50,863 bases of DNA from an uncultured Gammaproteobacteria bacterium (GCA_964435515.1 CAYSZD010000006.1:1-50863), one strand, 5' to 3'. Shown: positions 1-8,682, counted from the first letter of the stretch. The notes: generated by a model not told the origin, from the sequence alone. Numbers and translations: made by a program.

Positions 1-46
1 GTAACAAGGCATCCGTAGCGGAAGCTGTGGATGGATCACCTCCTTT
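1..46 (+). rRNA. rrs: 16S rRNA, 3' end (partial; runs off window start)
   Basis: GTAACAAGG, then the helix-45 hairpin GCATCCGTAGC-GGAA-GCTGTGGATG, then GGATCACCTCCTTT (anti-SD tail). Exact mature 3' end is uncertain by 1-3 nt. Confidence 0.97.
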
Positions 47-198
47 CTAGGGAGAATTTGCTCTTTATCATTGATAAAGCAAGCAATAGTCGACATCTTA
101 TTTCGGTAAGATGCGTAGTATTTGTGAAAATACTACAAAAACAATATTGTTCGAATCGGTGCCGATTTGACTCAAAATTTTTATTAGTTTGAAATTAC

Positions 199-225
199 AA
201 AAACCATCTTATAGGTGGTTTTTTG
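199..225 (+). terminator. Intrinsic terminator closing the 16S transcript
   Basis: AAAAACCATC-TTATA-GGTGGTTTTTTG stem-loop with U-tract, ~150 nt after the 16S end. Confidence 0.8.
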
Positions 226-233
226 TTACACTC

Positions 234-262
234 TAGACAAATTGCAAAATAATTGTTATATT
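234..262 (+). promoter_or_regulatory. Sigma70-type promoter upstream of ORF 298
   Basis: TAGACA-17 nt-TATATT with a TG extended -10 element. Confidence 0.55.
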
Positions 263-297
263 AATTAATTCATTAACAATCAAAAAAAGCAGAAACC

Positions 298-723
298 ATG
301 AAAGGAAAAATTGCCCTAACCGGGAAGATGAGGCTAGAAAGCAACGAGCAACAATGGCAGCTCTTGTTAAACGGTCTAATTGATAAGATAGAGACTTCAG
401 CTCTTATTGAGCAAGAAGACAAAACTATTCGCATTAGAATAGTCATTACAGATATTAAGCCACCCGAGCACAGACAAGTACATACCGACTGTCGTGTGCA
501 AACTAATATCGGAGCAGATGTGAGTAAAGGAATAGCCAGAATTAGCACTTACCTTAATCAAATGATTGAGCAAAATGCTTGGCTATTTATAGCTCACATC
601 CTTGGCACAGAACAAGTGCCGATAATAATCATATATTATCCGCTATTAAATATTTTCCTTTATTCTCAAAAAAAGAAAAATGAAGAAAAGGAAAATTTTC
701 TACCGATATTTATGCAGAATTAA
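298..723 (+). CDS. Hypothetical protein, 141 aa
   Basis: ORF with an upstream promoter-like element and a downstream terminator; no family recognised. Confidence 0.45.
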   Translation: MKGKIALTGKMRLESNEQQWQLLLNGLIDKIETSALIEQEDKTIRIRIVITDIKPPEHRQVHTDCRVQTNIGADVSKGIARISTYLNQMIEQNAWLFIAHILGTEQVPIIIIYYPLLNIFLYSQKKKNEEKENFLPIFMQN

Positions 724-743
724 TAATCTTTCTGCTAAAACAT

Positions 744-778
744 AAAAGGACAACTTTAACAGTTGTCCTCTTTTTTTT
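744..778. terminator. Bidirectional intrinsic terminator between ORF 298 and trpS
   Basis: AAAAGGACAACT-TTAAC-AGTTGTCCTCTTTTTTTT. Confidence 0.8.
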
Positions 779-791
779 AATACAAATAATT

Positions 792-1781
792 TTATCTCAC
801 ACCAATAACTTTCCTCACCTCTTCCATTTTTACTTTAACTAGCTTAGCTGCCTGAATACGACCTTCTTCTAAAACTGCTTGCACTTGCTTATCAGAAATT
901 TTATTAAATTTAGTTTGGAATTCAGTTAAGAACTTAGCCACGACTTCCGCCAAGTCTTTCTTAAATTCACCATAACCCTTCCCTTGATAATCTTTGACTA
1001 AACGTTTAATTTGGCGATTACCTAATTGGGCATAGATGGTAAGGAGGTTAGCCAAAGCTGGTCTATTTTCAGGATCATAATCAATATCTGTACCTGAGTC
1101 AGTCACAGCTTTCATAATTTTTTTCTTAGCTAAATCAATATCGTCTAATAAATAAATGTAGGAATTAACATTAGTATCACTTTTAGACATCTTTTTAGAA
1201 GGATCTGTAAGACTCATAATTCTAGCTCCTTCTTGACGTAATATTGCCTGAGGTATTGTAAAAATAGGACCATGTAAATTATTAAAACGTTTAGCAATAT
1301 CACGAGCTAACTCAACGTGTTGTTTTTGATCATCACCAACTGGCACAGCTTGAGTATTATATAACAATATATCAGCTGCCATCAGAATCGGATAAGTAAA
1401 TAAGCCAACTGAAACTGCATCTTGCTTTTCTCCTGCCTTATCTTTAAACTGAGTCATTTTTTTTAAATCTGCTACGTAAGCTCCGTTACAAGATAATATC
1501 CAAGCTAATTCAGTATGTTCACTAATAGCTGATTGTTGAAAAATGATTGACTTATCACTATCTATTCCAGCAGCTAAATAAATTTTAGTAATTTCTAAAA
1601 TTCTCTTTCTTAACACTTCTGGGTCATAATTTACGGTAATAGCATGATAATCAACTACACAAAAAATACAATGATATTTTTCTTGCATTTCTGACCACTG
1701 GCTTAAAGCACCAATATAATTACCTATCGTTAAACTTCCACTTGGTTGTACCCCTGAAAAAATTATTTTCTCTTTTTCCAT
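792..1781 (-). CDS. trpS: Tryptophan--tRNA ligase
   Basis: FSGVQPSG..TIGN (HIGH-equivalent), YPILMAADIL, VPVGDDQKQH, KMSKS. Confidence 0.98.
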   Translation of the reverse strand: MEKEKIIFSGVQPSGSLTIGNYIGALSQWSEMQEKYHCIFCVVDYHAITVNYDPEVLRKRILEITKIYLAAGIDSDKSIIFQQSAISEHTELAWILSCNGAYVADLKKMTQFKDKAGEKQDAVSVGLFTYPILMAADILLYNTQAVPVGDDQKQHVELARDIAKRFNNLHGPIFTIPQAILRQEGARIMSLTDPSKKMSKSDTNVNSYIYLLDDIDLAKKKIMKAVTDSGTDIDYDPENRPALANLLTIYAQLGNRQIKRLVKDYQGKGYGEFKKDLAEVVAKFLTEFQTKFNKISDKQVQAVLEEGRIQAAKLVKVKMEEVRKVIGVR

Positions 1782-2067
1782 AAATTTATAATTACCCTAT
1801 TATTCTAAGGCATTTTAAATATAAAGGCAATAAAATAAAAAAAGCTATTTTTTACACTTCCCACAAATGAGATAATGATAAAATAGCTTATAGACACTAG
1901 GATAATGACAAGATAGCAGATATATTTCAAAAAGTCAAAATAAAAAATTCATAAAAAACCATTACTTTCAAAAAAGAATAAAAACAGCTACAATATATTC
2001 AGCTAATCAAAGATATAAGCTCACTTTGACAAAGCAAATTAATTAACTTAATATAAGAAAAAAATAT

Positions 2068-2289
2068 ATGAATAATTTTGACAAACCTGGTAAAGATCCA
2101 ATTAGCGAGGCTTTAAAAAAAGACCTGGAAGACCATGGCTATAAGTTTGCTACCGAAAATAAAAATCGTCGTCGTACACCTGAAGAAATAGCTGCTTTAA
2201 AAGCTGAAGCAGATAAAAAACTTGAATTAAGCTCAAAGAAAAATATTGACGGCACACAGCTAGACATAGACTTTGAAGAAGAAAAATAA
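2068..2289 (+). CDS. Small charged hypothetical protein, 73 aa
   Basis: ATG ORF after TTGACA(2026)-17-TAATAT; lies 21 nt upstream of tRNA-Pro and is probably co-transcribed with it. Confidence 0.6.
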   Translation: MNNFDKPGKDPISEALKKDLEDHGYKFATENKNRRRTPEEIAALKAEADKKLELSSKKNIDGTQLDIDFEEEK

Positions 2290-2310
2290 TCTCTCCATCA
2301 ATAATAGAAA

Positions 2311-2381
2311 CGGGGTGTAGTATACCGGTAGTACGCATGCATGGGGTGCATGTAGACCGGGTTCAATTCCCGGCACCCCGA
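2311..2381 (+). tRNA. tRNA-Pro(GGG)
   Basis: Acceptor stem CGGGGTG/CACCCCG, anticodon arm CATGC-ATGGGGT-GCATG (A32/U38 as in Pro-GGG), T-arm CCGGG-TTCAATT-CCCGG; no encoded CCA. Confidence 0.95.
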
Positions 2382-2448
2382 CACACACTAGAAAACTACA
2401 TTCGCATTACAGAACTAAAGACCTTGATTCCCCTCAAGTACACCCCAG

Positions 2449-2520
2449 CGGGCTGTGGTATAAAGGCTATTATATACGCTTCGGGTGCGTGTGATCCCGG
2501 TTCAATTCCGGGCAGCCCGA
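2449..2520 (+). tRNA. tRNA-Pro(CGG)
   Basis: Acceptor stem CGGGCTG/CAGCCCG, anticodon arm TACGC-TTCGGGT-GCGTG, T-arm CCCGG-TTCAATT-CCGGG. Confidence 0.95.
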
Positions 2521-2642
2521 CTATAAAAATAGCGCCAATAGCGCTTTTTTTATCTATTTGCCTAAACTCACAAATATACATATAATAGAATTACGAATAA
2601 ACACAATTCAGGCTTCAATGCTGATGATTTTTTTAATATTTT

Positions 2643-4127
2643 ATGATAGATTTTAAGCAAAAAATAGAAGAAAGTGATAAGGACATATATGCAGAAAGTC
2701 AACAATATGAGGAAGAAGAAATTTTAGCTGACTTAAAAAAGAAGCGAAAAGTTAAAAATTATCTAATCATATTTTTGGCCATTGCTTTTATTTTATCTGG
2801 TAAGATCCTTATGTCTAGCCAGGGTATTAGTCAATGGTTTAGTGACAACCCTTTTTGGGATAGAATTACTCACTTAACAGAAAATAATGATAATAATATT
2901 AAAGGAGAAGATGAAGACAGAATTAATATATTACTCATTGGTATAGGTGGGGCTAATCATGATGGAGGTTATTTAGCTGATACAATTATGTTGAGTAGTA
3001 TTAAACCTTCAACAAAACAAGTCTCCCTAATATCAATCCCTCGTGATCTTAGCGTGCCTACTGCAAATGGTACTTGGCGAAAAGTTAATTCCATTCATGC
3101 TATTGCTGAAAGTCAAGAAGAGGGTAGCGGCGGACCAGCTATGATGGAAAATTTAAGTTCTAATTTAGGAACTCAAATAGATTACTATATACGCCTTGAT
3201 TTTCAAGGATTTATTAAAATTATTGATGAACTTGGTGGCATAGATGTTAATGTAGAAAATACTCTTGATGATTATAGTTATCCAATTCTAGGAGAAGAAG
3301 ACAATTCTGACTACTACGCTCGCTATGAACATCTACACGTTGAAAAAGGAGAACAACACATGAATGGCTCTTTAGCTTTAAAATATGCACGTAGTCGTCA
3401 TGCTGCTGGAGTTGAAGGATCTGATTTTGCTCGAGCCAGACGACAACAATTAATTATTTCCGCTGTTAAAGAAAAATTACTATCACGCAACAACCTTCTA
3501 AAACCAATGATGATTAGTCGCATTATTTCTGAGCTAAACAAAAATATCAAAACAAACTTAGATGTTTGGGAAATCCTCAAATTATGGAACGATTATAAAG
3601 ACATTAATAAAGATGATATTATCAGTAAAGTTTTTGATGATGGACCAGGAGGCTTCCTCATGGCTAGTCGCAGTGAAGATGGCGCCTATATTCTTATTCC
3701 TCAAAATGGTAATTTTAATTTAATAAAAGAAGAAGTGAACAATATTTTTGGTACAGCTGAAATAATCAAAAGCACCGAAGAAAAACCTGCCAAATTAATA
3801 CCAGCGCCAGAAATAGATATTGAAAACATTGATAAAGAAATAAAAGTTAGTGTTTTGAATGGTACTTGGATTAGTGGACTGGCTGCCAAAAATGCTATAA
3901 GCTTACAAGAGTATGGCTTTACCATCCTGGAAACAGGTAATGCTCCAACCAGAGAATATGAGAATTCTGTAATCTATGATTTAAGTTATGGTCAAGAAAT
4001 TAAATCATTAGAAATTTTACAAGCAATAAGTGGAGCAAAATTAGCTTACGACGCTCCTTCATGGCTTGAAACATATAAAAATAAAACAAAGCAAACTGAT
4101 TTTATTCTTATCATCGGAACTGACTAA
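2643..4127 (+). CDS. LCP (LytR-CpsA-Psr) family glycopolymer transferase with C-terminal LytR_C-like domain
   Basis: N-terminal TM helix; RINILLIG, ADTIML, SIPRD, KVNS, ALKYARSRH, DFARARRQQ; C-terminal VSVLNGT..SGLA. Confidence 0.92.
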   Translation: MIDFKQKIEESDKDIYAESQQYEEEEILADLKKKRKVKNYLIIFLAIAFILSGKILMSSQGISQWFSDNPFWDRITHLTENNDNNIKGEDEDRINILLIGIGGANHDGGYLADTIMLSSIKPSTKQVSLISIPRDLSVPTANGTWRKVNSIHAIAESQEEGSGGPAMMENLSSNLGTQIDYYIRLDFQGFIKIIDELGGIDVNVENTLDDYSYPILGEEDNSDYYARYEHLHVEKGEQHMNGSLALKYARSRHAAGVEGSDFARARRQQLIISAVKEKLLSRNNLLKPMMISRIISELNKNIKTNLDVWEILKLWNDYKDINKDDIISKVFDDGPGGFLMASRSEDGAYILIPQNGNFNLIKEEVNNIFGTAEIIKSTEEKPAKLIPAPEIDIENIDKEIKVSVLNGTWISGLAAKNAISLQEYGFTILETGNAPTREYENSVIYDLSYGQEIKSLEILQAISGAKLAYDAPSWLETYKNKTKQTDFILIIGTD

Positions 4128-4150
4128 AATAAGCAATAATAAATAAAAAT

Positions 4151-5536
4151 ATGAATGACACGATGCCATTAGTTGCAATATGCGGTAGAACAAATGTAGG
4201 TAAATCAACCCTCTTTAATCGTCTAATTGAAAAAAGACAAGCTTTAATTTCTAATATTGCTGGCACAACTAGGGATGCTAATGAAGGTATTGTCCATTGG
4301 AATAAAAAAGTCTTTCAATTAGTTGATACGGCTGGTTTGTTTGATTTGGCTTTATTTGATAATAAAAAGAATACTATTAAAGATAATATTGACACGCTAG
4401 CACAAGAACAAGCTCTAAAATATTTAAAAGAATCACAGTTAATAATCTTATTAGTTGATGGCAAGGCAGGTATTATGCCCGAAGATCAAGCGTTAGCTAA
4501 AAAAATCCGTAGCAATCCTAAATATCTTAAAAAAACCATTTTGGTAGTCAATAAAATAGACAGCGGCAAACTAAGAACTGAGGCCGCCTCTTTTAACAAA
4601 CTAGGCTTAGGGGAGCCAGTGGCGCTTTCTGCTCAAACTGGAGCTGGTACTGGAGACTTTTTAGATATTGTGTTGGAAAAAATTAACGGCAAGGAAGATA
4701 TAAATGAAGAATATGAACAAATTGTTGCTGCTCGTTTATGTATTGTTGGTAAGCCAAATGTAGGCAAATCTTCGCTTCTTAACTCTCTACTAGGCTATGA
4801 AAGAGTAATCGTTAGCGATAAGCCTCATACCACTAGAGAATCACAGGACATTGAAATACAACATAATGAACAAATAATACGACTTATAGATACTGCCGGT
4901 ATTTCACGCCATGGACATAAAAGTAAAGGTTTAGAGAAAGAAGGTATTGCCATGTCACTCAACTCTCTACATAAAGCTGATGTTGCTCTCTTAGTTTTAG
5001 ATCTTAGCGAAGTGTTAACTCATCAAGATGCTAAAATGGTTGAAGAAATTGTAGACCGACATAAAAGTCTTATTATAATTGCTAATAAATGGGATAAACT
5101 AGAAGAAAAAAATCCTAAACACTGGCAAGAAGTTATTTATCAAAAACTTCCTTTTGCAAGCTGGGCACCAATTCTATTTATTTCAGCTAAAACTGGAGCT
5201 AAAATTAACAAGATATTAGATGTGGCTCTTGAAGTAGCCGAAGCCAGAAAAACCAAAGTCAGCGAAACACAATTAAAAAAATTTTTAGCCCGTGCAGTAA
5301 AAACTCATTTACCCGCCAAAGGTAAAGGTTTAAAAGCTCCTCATATATTTGAAATTGTACAAACAAAAAGCAATCCACCTGTTTTTAATATTCGCATTGG
5401 CTCACGAGATGATCTTCACTTTTCCTATGTTAGATTTTTAGAGAATAGACTACGTAAAGAATTTTCTTTTACTGGAACACCTATACACTTAAGGGTTATT
5501 AAAAACAAAAAGACACACGGAGTAAGAGAAGTTTAA
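4151..5536 (+). CDS. der: Ribosome biogenesis GTPase Der (EngA)
   Basis: Two G-domains (GRTNVGKS/DTAG/NKID and GKPNVGKS/DTAG/NKWD) followed by a KH-like C-terminus (YVRFLENRLR..F.FTGTPI). Confidence 0.97.
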   Translation: MNDTMPLVAICGRTNVGKSTLFNRLIEKRQALISNIAGTTRDANEGIVHWNKKVFQLVDTAGLFDLALFDNKKNTIKDNIDTLAQEQALKYLKESQLIILLVDGKAGIMPEDQALAKKIRSNPKYLKKTILVVNKIDSGKLRTEAASFNKLGLGEPVALSAQTGAGTGDFLDIVLEKINGKEDINEEYEQIVAARLCIVGKPNVGKSSLLNSLLGYERVIVSDKPHTTRESQDIEIQHNEQIIRLIDTAGISRHGHKSKGLEKEGIAMSLNSLHKADVALLVLDLSEVLTHQDAKMVEEIVDRHKSLIIIANKWDKLEEKNPKHWQEVIYQKLPFASWAPILFISAKTGAKINKILDVALEVAEARKTKVSETQLKKFLARAVKTHLPAKGKGLKAPHIFEIVQTKSNPPVFNIRIGSRDDLHFSYVRFLENRLRKEFSFTGTPIHLRVIKNKKTHGVREV

Positions 5537-5542
5537 GTTAAT

Positions 5543-5572
5543 AAAATAACCGTTAGCTAGCGGTTATTTTTT
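5543..5572 (+). terminator. Intrinsic terminator after der
   Basis: AAAATAACCG-TTAGCTAG-CGGTTATTTTTT. Confidence 0.75.
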
Positions 5573-5627
5573 CTTAATCGTAATTTTAACTATAATAGCT
5601 TATAATAAAATAATAATTTATATAAAT

Positions 5628-6188
5628 ATGAAGCTAATTATCGGCTTAGGCAATCCTGGCGAACGCTTTCAAAATACAAGACATAATATTGGTTGGATTG
5701 CACTAGATAAGCTAGTTGGTCCTAATGATTGGCAATTAGAAAAAAAATTTAATGCTCTGATAAAAAAAGATAGTGGTAATATTTACCTCAAACCTCTATC
5801 TTTTATGAACAGATCCGGAGAAAGCGCCTATCAAGCATTAAAATACTATCAACTTCTTAACAGACAGTTCGGTTTTTTTATTAAAAAAGAACAAGATTTA
5901 AGTGAAGTTTTAGCTGTTATCCATGATGACTTAGATTTAAACTTAGGTACTTGGAAAATTAGCTCCGATTCTCGCAGTGGTGGTAATAAAGGAGTACAAT
6001 CAATAATTCAGCAATTAAAAACTAAACATTTTCAACGCCTGAGAATAGGGATAAAAAATGATTTACTCAGAAATGTAATTCCAGCAGAAAAATTTGTACT
6101 GCAAAGATTTAATCAAGAAGAACTAACAGATTTAAATAATATCATTCCAAAAGGCCTAGAAGATCTAAAAAAATCATTTTTAATATAA
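5628..6188 (+). CDS. pth: Peptidyl-tRNA hydrolase
   Basis: LIIGLGNPG..NTRHNIG, KPLSFMNRSG, HDDLDL, GGNKG, RLRIGI. Confidence 0.96.
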   Translation: MKLIIGLGNPGERFQNTRHNIGWIALDKLVGPNDWQLEKKFNALIKKDSGNIYLKPLSFMNRSGESAYQALKYYQLLNRQFGFFIKKEQDLSEVLAVIHDDLDLNLGTWKISSDSRSGGNKGVQSIIQQLKTKHFQRLRIGIKNDLLRNVIPAEKFVLQRFNQEELTDLNNIIPKGLEDLKKSFLI

Positions 6189-6294
6189 AAACCCCCTTAA
6201 CTGCTTGTACAAAAAGTAACAAAACGAGTAACCTCTAGGAGGAAAGTGGTTAAACGTGAAACTTTTGTCCAAGCAGTTAAAAGGATTTTTAACC
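6185..6294 (-). ncRNA. Candidate ~105-nt rod-shaped small RNA (may also serve as the pth terminator)
   Basis: Long imperfect inverted repeat with core TTAACTGCTTG/CAAGCAGTTAA that pairs better on the minus strand (G-U), ends in a U-tract, and sits directly downstream of a consensus minus-strand promoter. Confidence 0.5.
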
Positions 6295-6298
6295 TTTT

Positions 6299-6327
6299 AA
6301 TATAGTAAATATTTTAGTACTTGTCAA
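6299..6327 (-). promoter_or_regulatory. Sigma70-type promoter firing leftward into the 6185-6294 hairpin
   Basis: Minus strand TTGACA(6327-6322)-17 nt-TATATT(6304-6299); no minus-strand ATG ORF follows it. Confidence 0.7.
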
Positions 6328-6347
6328 GAATAAAGAGATTAATATCC

Positions 6348-6375
6348 TTGACAGAGGCCACATAAACAGTAAACT
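6348..6375 (+). promoter_or_regulatory. Probable topA promoter (divergent from the previous one)
   Basis: TTGACA-16 nt-TAAACT upstream of the topA start. Confidence 0.5.
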
Positions 6376-6399
6376 AAATATTACTATAATAAAAAAATT

Positions 6400-8616
6400 A
6401 TGCAATTAATAATAGTTGAGTCACCGACAAAAGCTAAAACTATCAGCAAATTTCTAGCTAAAGACTATCGTGTAGAGTCGTCTTTTGGGCACATGAGAGA
6501 CCTACCAAGTAGTAAGATGGGTATTGATATTGAAAATAATTTTGAACCTACATACGTAATTCCAACAAAAAGCAAAAAAAATGTCACTGCCCTGAAAACT
6601 ATTGCCAATAAAGCCAGTTCTATTATTTTAGCCTCTGATGAAGACCGTGAAGGAGAGGCTATCGCTTGGCACTTAGCTCAAATCCTTAAATTAAAACCTG
6701 AGCAAATCCAAAGAATTGTTTTTCACGAAATCACTAAATCAGCAATTTTACATGCACTCACAGAACCAAGAAAAATAAATCAAAATCTAGTAGATGCTCA
6801 ACAAGCTCGTCGTATTTTAGACCGTCTGGTTGGATATGAATTATCTCCTTTTCTTTGGAAAAAAGTCGCTAAAGGCTTATCCGCCGGAAGAGTACAAAGT
6901 GTAGCTATCCGTTTAGTTGTTGAAAGAGAAAGAGAAATACAAGCTTTTAACGCTCAAGAATATTGGACTGTATCTGCTCAATATGAAAGTAATGATCAAC
7001 AAAAATATTTAGCTAATTTATTAAAAATAAACAATAAAAGCTTTGATAAGCTGTCTATTAACCAAGATTTAGCTAATGAAATAATTTCTGATTCTAAAAA
7101 ATCAAATAATAAAATTAGTAAATTAGAGAAAAAGAAAGTTAGTAAAAATCCCAATCCACCTTTTACCACCTCTACCCTACAGCAAGCAGCTAACCGACAT
7201 TTAGGCTTTAGTGCTAAACAAACAATGACTTTAGCTCAAAAACTATATGAACAAGGCTATATTAGTTACATGCGTACTGACTCAGTTAATTTGTCGGCCC
7301 AATTTTTAGAAGAAGCAAAAGAATACTTAAATAACAGTCTAGGCAAAGAGTATACTTTACAGTCTCCCAGATTATTTAAAAATAAAAATAAAAATAGCCA
7401 AGAAGCTCACGAAGCTATCAGGCCAACTCTTGCTAAAAATACCCCCGATGAACTAGAAAAAAAATTAGAAAAAGGACAATATCGTCTTTATAATCTTATT
7501 TGGCAAAGAGCTATCGCTACCCAAATGCCAGCCGCAGAATTCAATACCACTAGTATAGACACTGAAATGACCTGTCTAAATAAGAAAATCTATCTTTTTA
7601 GAAGTAGTGGTCAAATAATGATATTCCCTGGTTATCTTAAAATATATCCCGAAAAAACCAACGAACAAGAACTGCCTGACATTAAAGAAAATGAAATTGT
7701 TTCTTTAAAGAAAATAGAAAGCGAACAACATTTTACTAAAGCACCAGCTCGTTATAGTGATGCGGGCTTAGTAAAAGAACTAGAAAAATATGGCATTGGT
7801 CGTCCTTCTACCTATGCTCCCACAATAGCAACAATCATTAATCGTAATTATGTTGAACGAAACTTAGAAAAAAGACTCCAAGCCACGGCAATCAGTTTTG
7901 TGGTTAACGATTTACTAGTTGAACATTTTCCTAAAATTGTAGACTATAACTTTACCGCTAAATTAGAAGATTCTTTAGATGAAATAGCGCTGGGACAAAA
8001 AGAATGGCAACCTGTCATTAAAGAATTCTATACTGATTTTCATGATAATTTAGAAAAAAAATACGAAAATATTAAAAAAAGTGATATTATGCCTGAAGAA
8101 AAATCTGAAGAAAAATGTGATAAGTGCGGAGCCTTAATGCTCATTAAAACAGGAAGATATGGCAAATTTTTAGCCTGTAGCGCCTATCCTGATTGCAAAA
8201 ATATTAAAAAAATGAGTGGAGAAAAAACCACAGCTCAAGATGATCCTATTCTTGAAGAATTACGAGATAAATATAAAAGTGAGGTTTGTAATAAATGTGG
8301 AGCTGATATGATTGTTAGAATGGGTAAATATGGACCATTTTTAGCTTGTAGCGCTTATCCAAAATGTAAAAACATTAAAAACATTAACGAAGACAACGCT
8401 GTAGATATTATTTGCCCGGCTTGTAAGAAAGGTAAAATTGTAAAAAAATTTAGCAAAAGAGGAATTTTTTATGCCTGCGATGCTTATCCTGATTGTAAAA
8501 ATGCTTACTGGGGTAAACCCACTGGAGAAAAATGTCCTGATTGCGAATCTTTATTAATTACTGATAAAGATGGCCATATCGTATGTAGCGACAAAGGTTG
8601 CGGCTATAAAAAATAA
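6400..8616 (+). CDS. topA: DNA topoisomerase I (type IA) with C-terminal Zn-ribbon repeats
   Basis: LIIVESPTKAKTI, ASDEDREGEAIAWH, SAGRVQS, YMRTDS, AHEAIRPT, GIGRPSTY; repeated C..C...GRYGKFLAC..YP.C ribbons. Confidence 0.98.
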   Translation: MQLIIVESPTKAKTISKFLAKDYRVESSFGHMRDLPSSKMGIDIENNFEPTYVIPTKSKKNVTALKTIANKASSIILASDEDREGEAIAWHLAQILKLKPEQIQRIVFHEITKSAILHALTEPRKINQNLVDAQQARRILDRLVGYELSPFLWKKVAKGLSAGRVQSVAIRLVVEREREIQAFNAQEYWTVSAQYESNDQQKYLANLLKINNKSFDKLSINQDLANEIISDSKKSNNKISKLEKKKVSKNPNPPFTTSTLQQAANRHLGFSAKQTMTLAQKLYEQGYISYMRTDSVNLSAQFLEEAKEYLNNSLGKEYTLQSPRLFKNKNKNSQEAHEAIRPTLAKNTPDELEKKLEKGQYRLYNLIWQRAIATQMPAAEFNTTSIDTEMTCLNKKIYLFRSSGQIMIFPGYLKIYPEKTNEQELPDIKENEIVSLKKIESEQHFTKAPARYSDAGLVKELEKYGIGRPSTYAPTIATIINRNYVERNLEKRLQATAISFVVNDLLVEHFPKIVDYNFTAKLEDSLDEIALGQKEWQPVIKEFYTDFHDNLEKKYENIKKSDIMPEEKSEEKCDKCGALMLIKTGRYGKFLACSAYPDCKNIKKMSGEKTTAQDDPILEELRDKYKSEVCNKCGADMIVRMGKYGPFLACSAYPKCKNIKNINEDNAVDIICPACKKGKIVKKFSKRGIFYACDAYPDCKNAYWGKPTGEKCPDCESLLITDKDGHIVCSDKGCGYKK

Positions 8617-8625
8617 TTAAAGTTC

Positions 8626-8658
8626 AAAAAAATAAGCTAATATAATAGCTTATTTTTT
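8626..8658. terminator. Bidirectional terminator between topA and the pheST operon tail
   Basis: AAAAAAATAAGCTA-ATATAA-TAGCTTATTTTTT. Confidence 0.75.
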
Positions 8659-8682
8659 GTTATCTTTTTTTATTCTATTATT

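Noticed and set aside
143-172. tRNA remnant in the 16S trailer (GTTCGAATC)
   Set aside because: Only a T-loop-like 7-mer with a weak stem; no acceptor stem, D-arm or anticodon arm can be built.
2337-2585. ORFs 2337-2585 (+), 2396-2581 (-), 2150-2338 (-), and a possible tmRNA end
   Set aside because: They overlap two complete tRNA-Pro cloverleaves; the GGTTCAATTCCC motif is the tRNA T-arm, and no tmRNA tag or 5' end is present.
6185-6294. SRP (4.5S) RNA identity for the pth-topA hairpin
   Set aside because: The size fits, but the conserved helix-8 CAGG/GNRA/AGCA motif is absent on both strands.
6237-6303. Plus-strand peptide after AGGAGG (GTG GTT AAA CGT...)
   Set aside because: SD-to-start spacing is 3 nt (or 13 nt for the next GTG), there is no plus-strand promoter, and the motif is explained by hairpin pairing.
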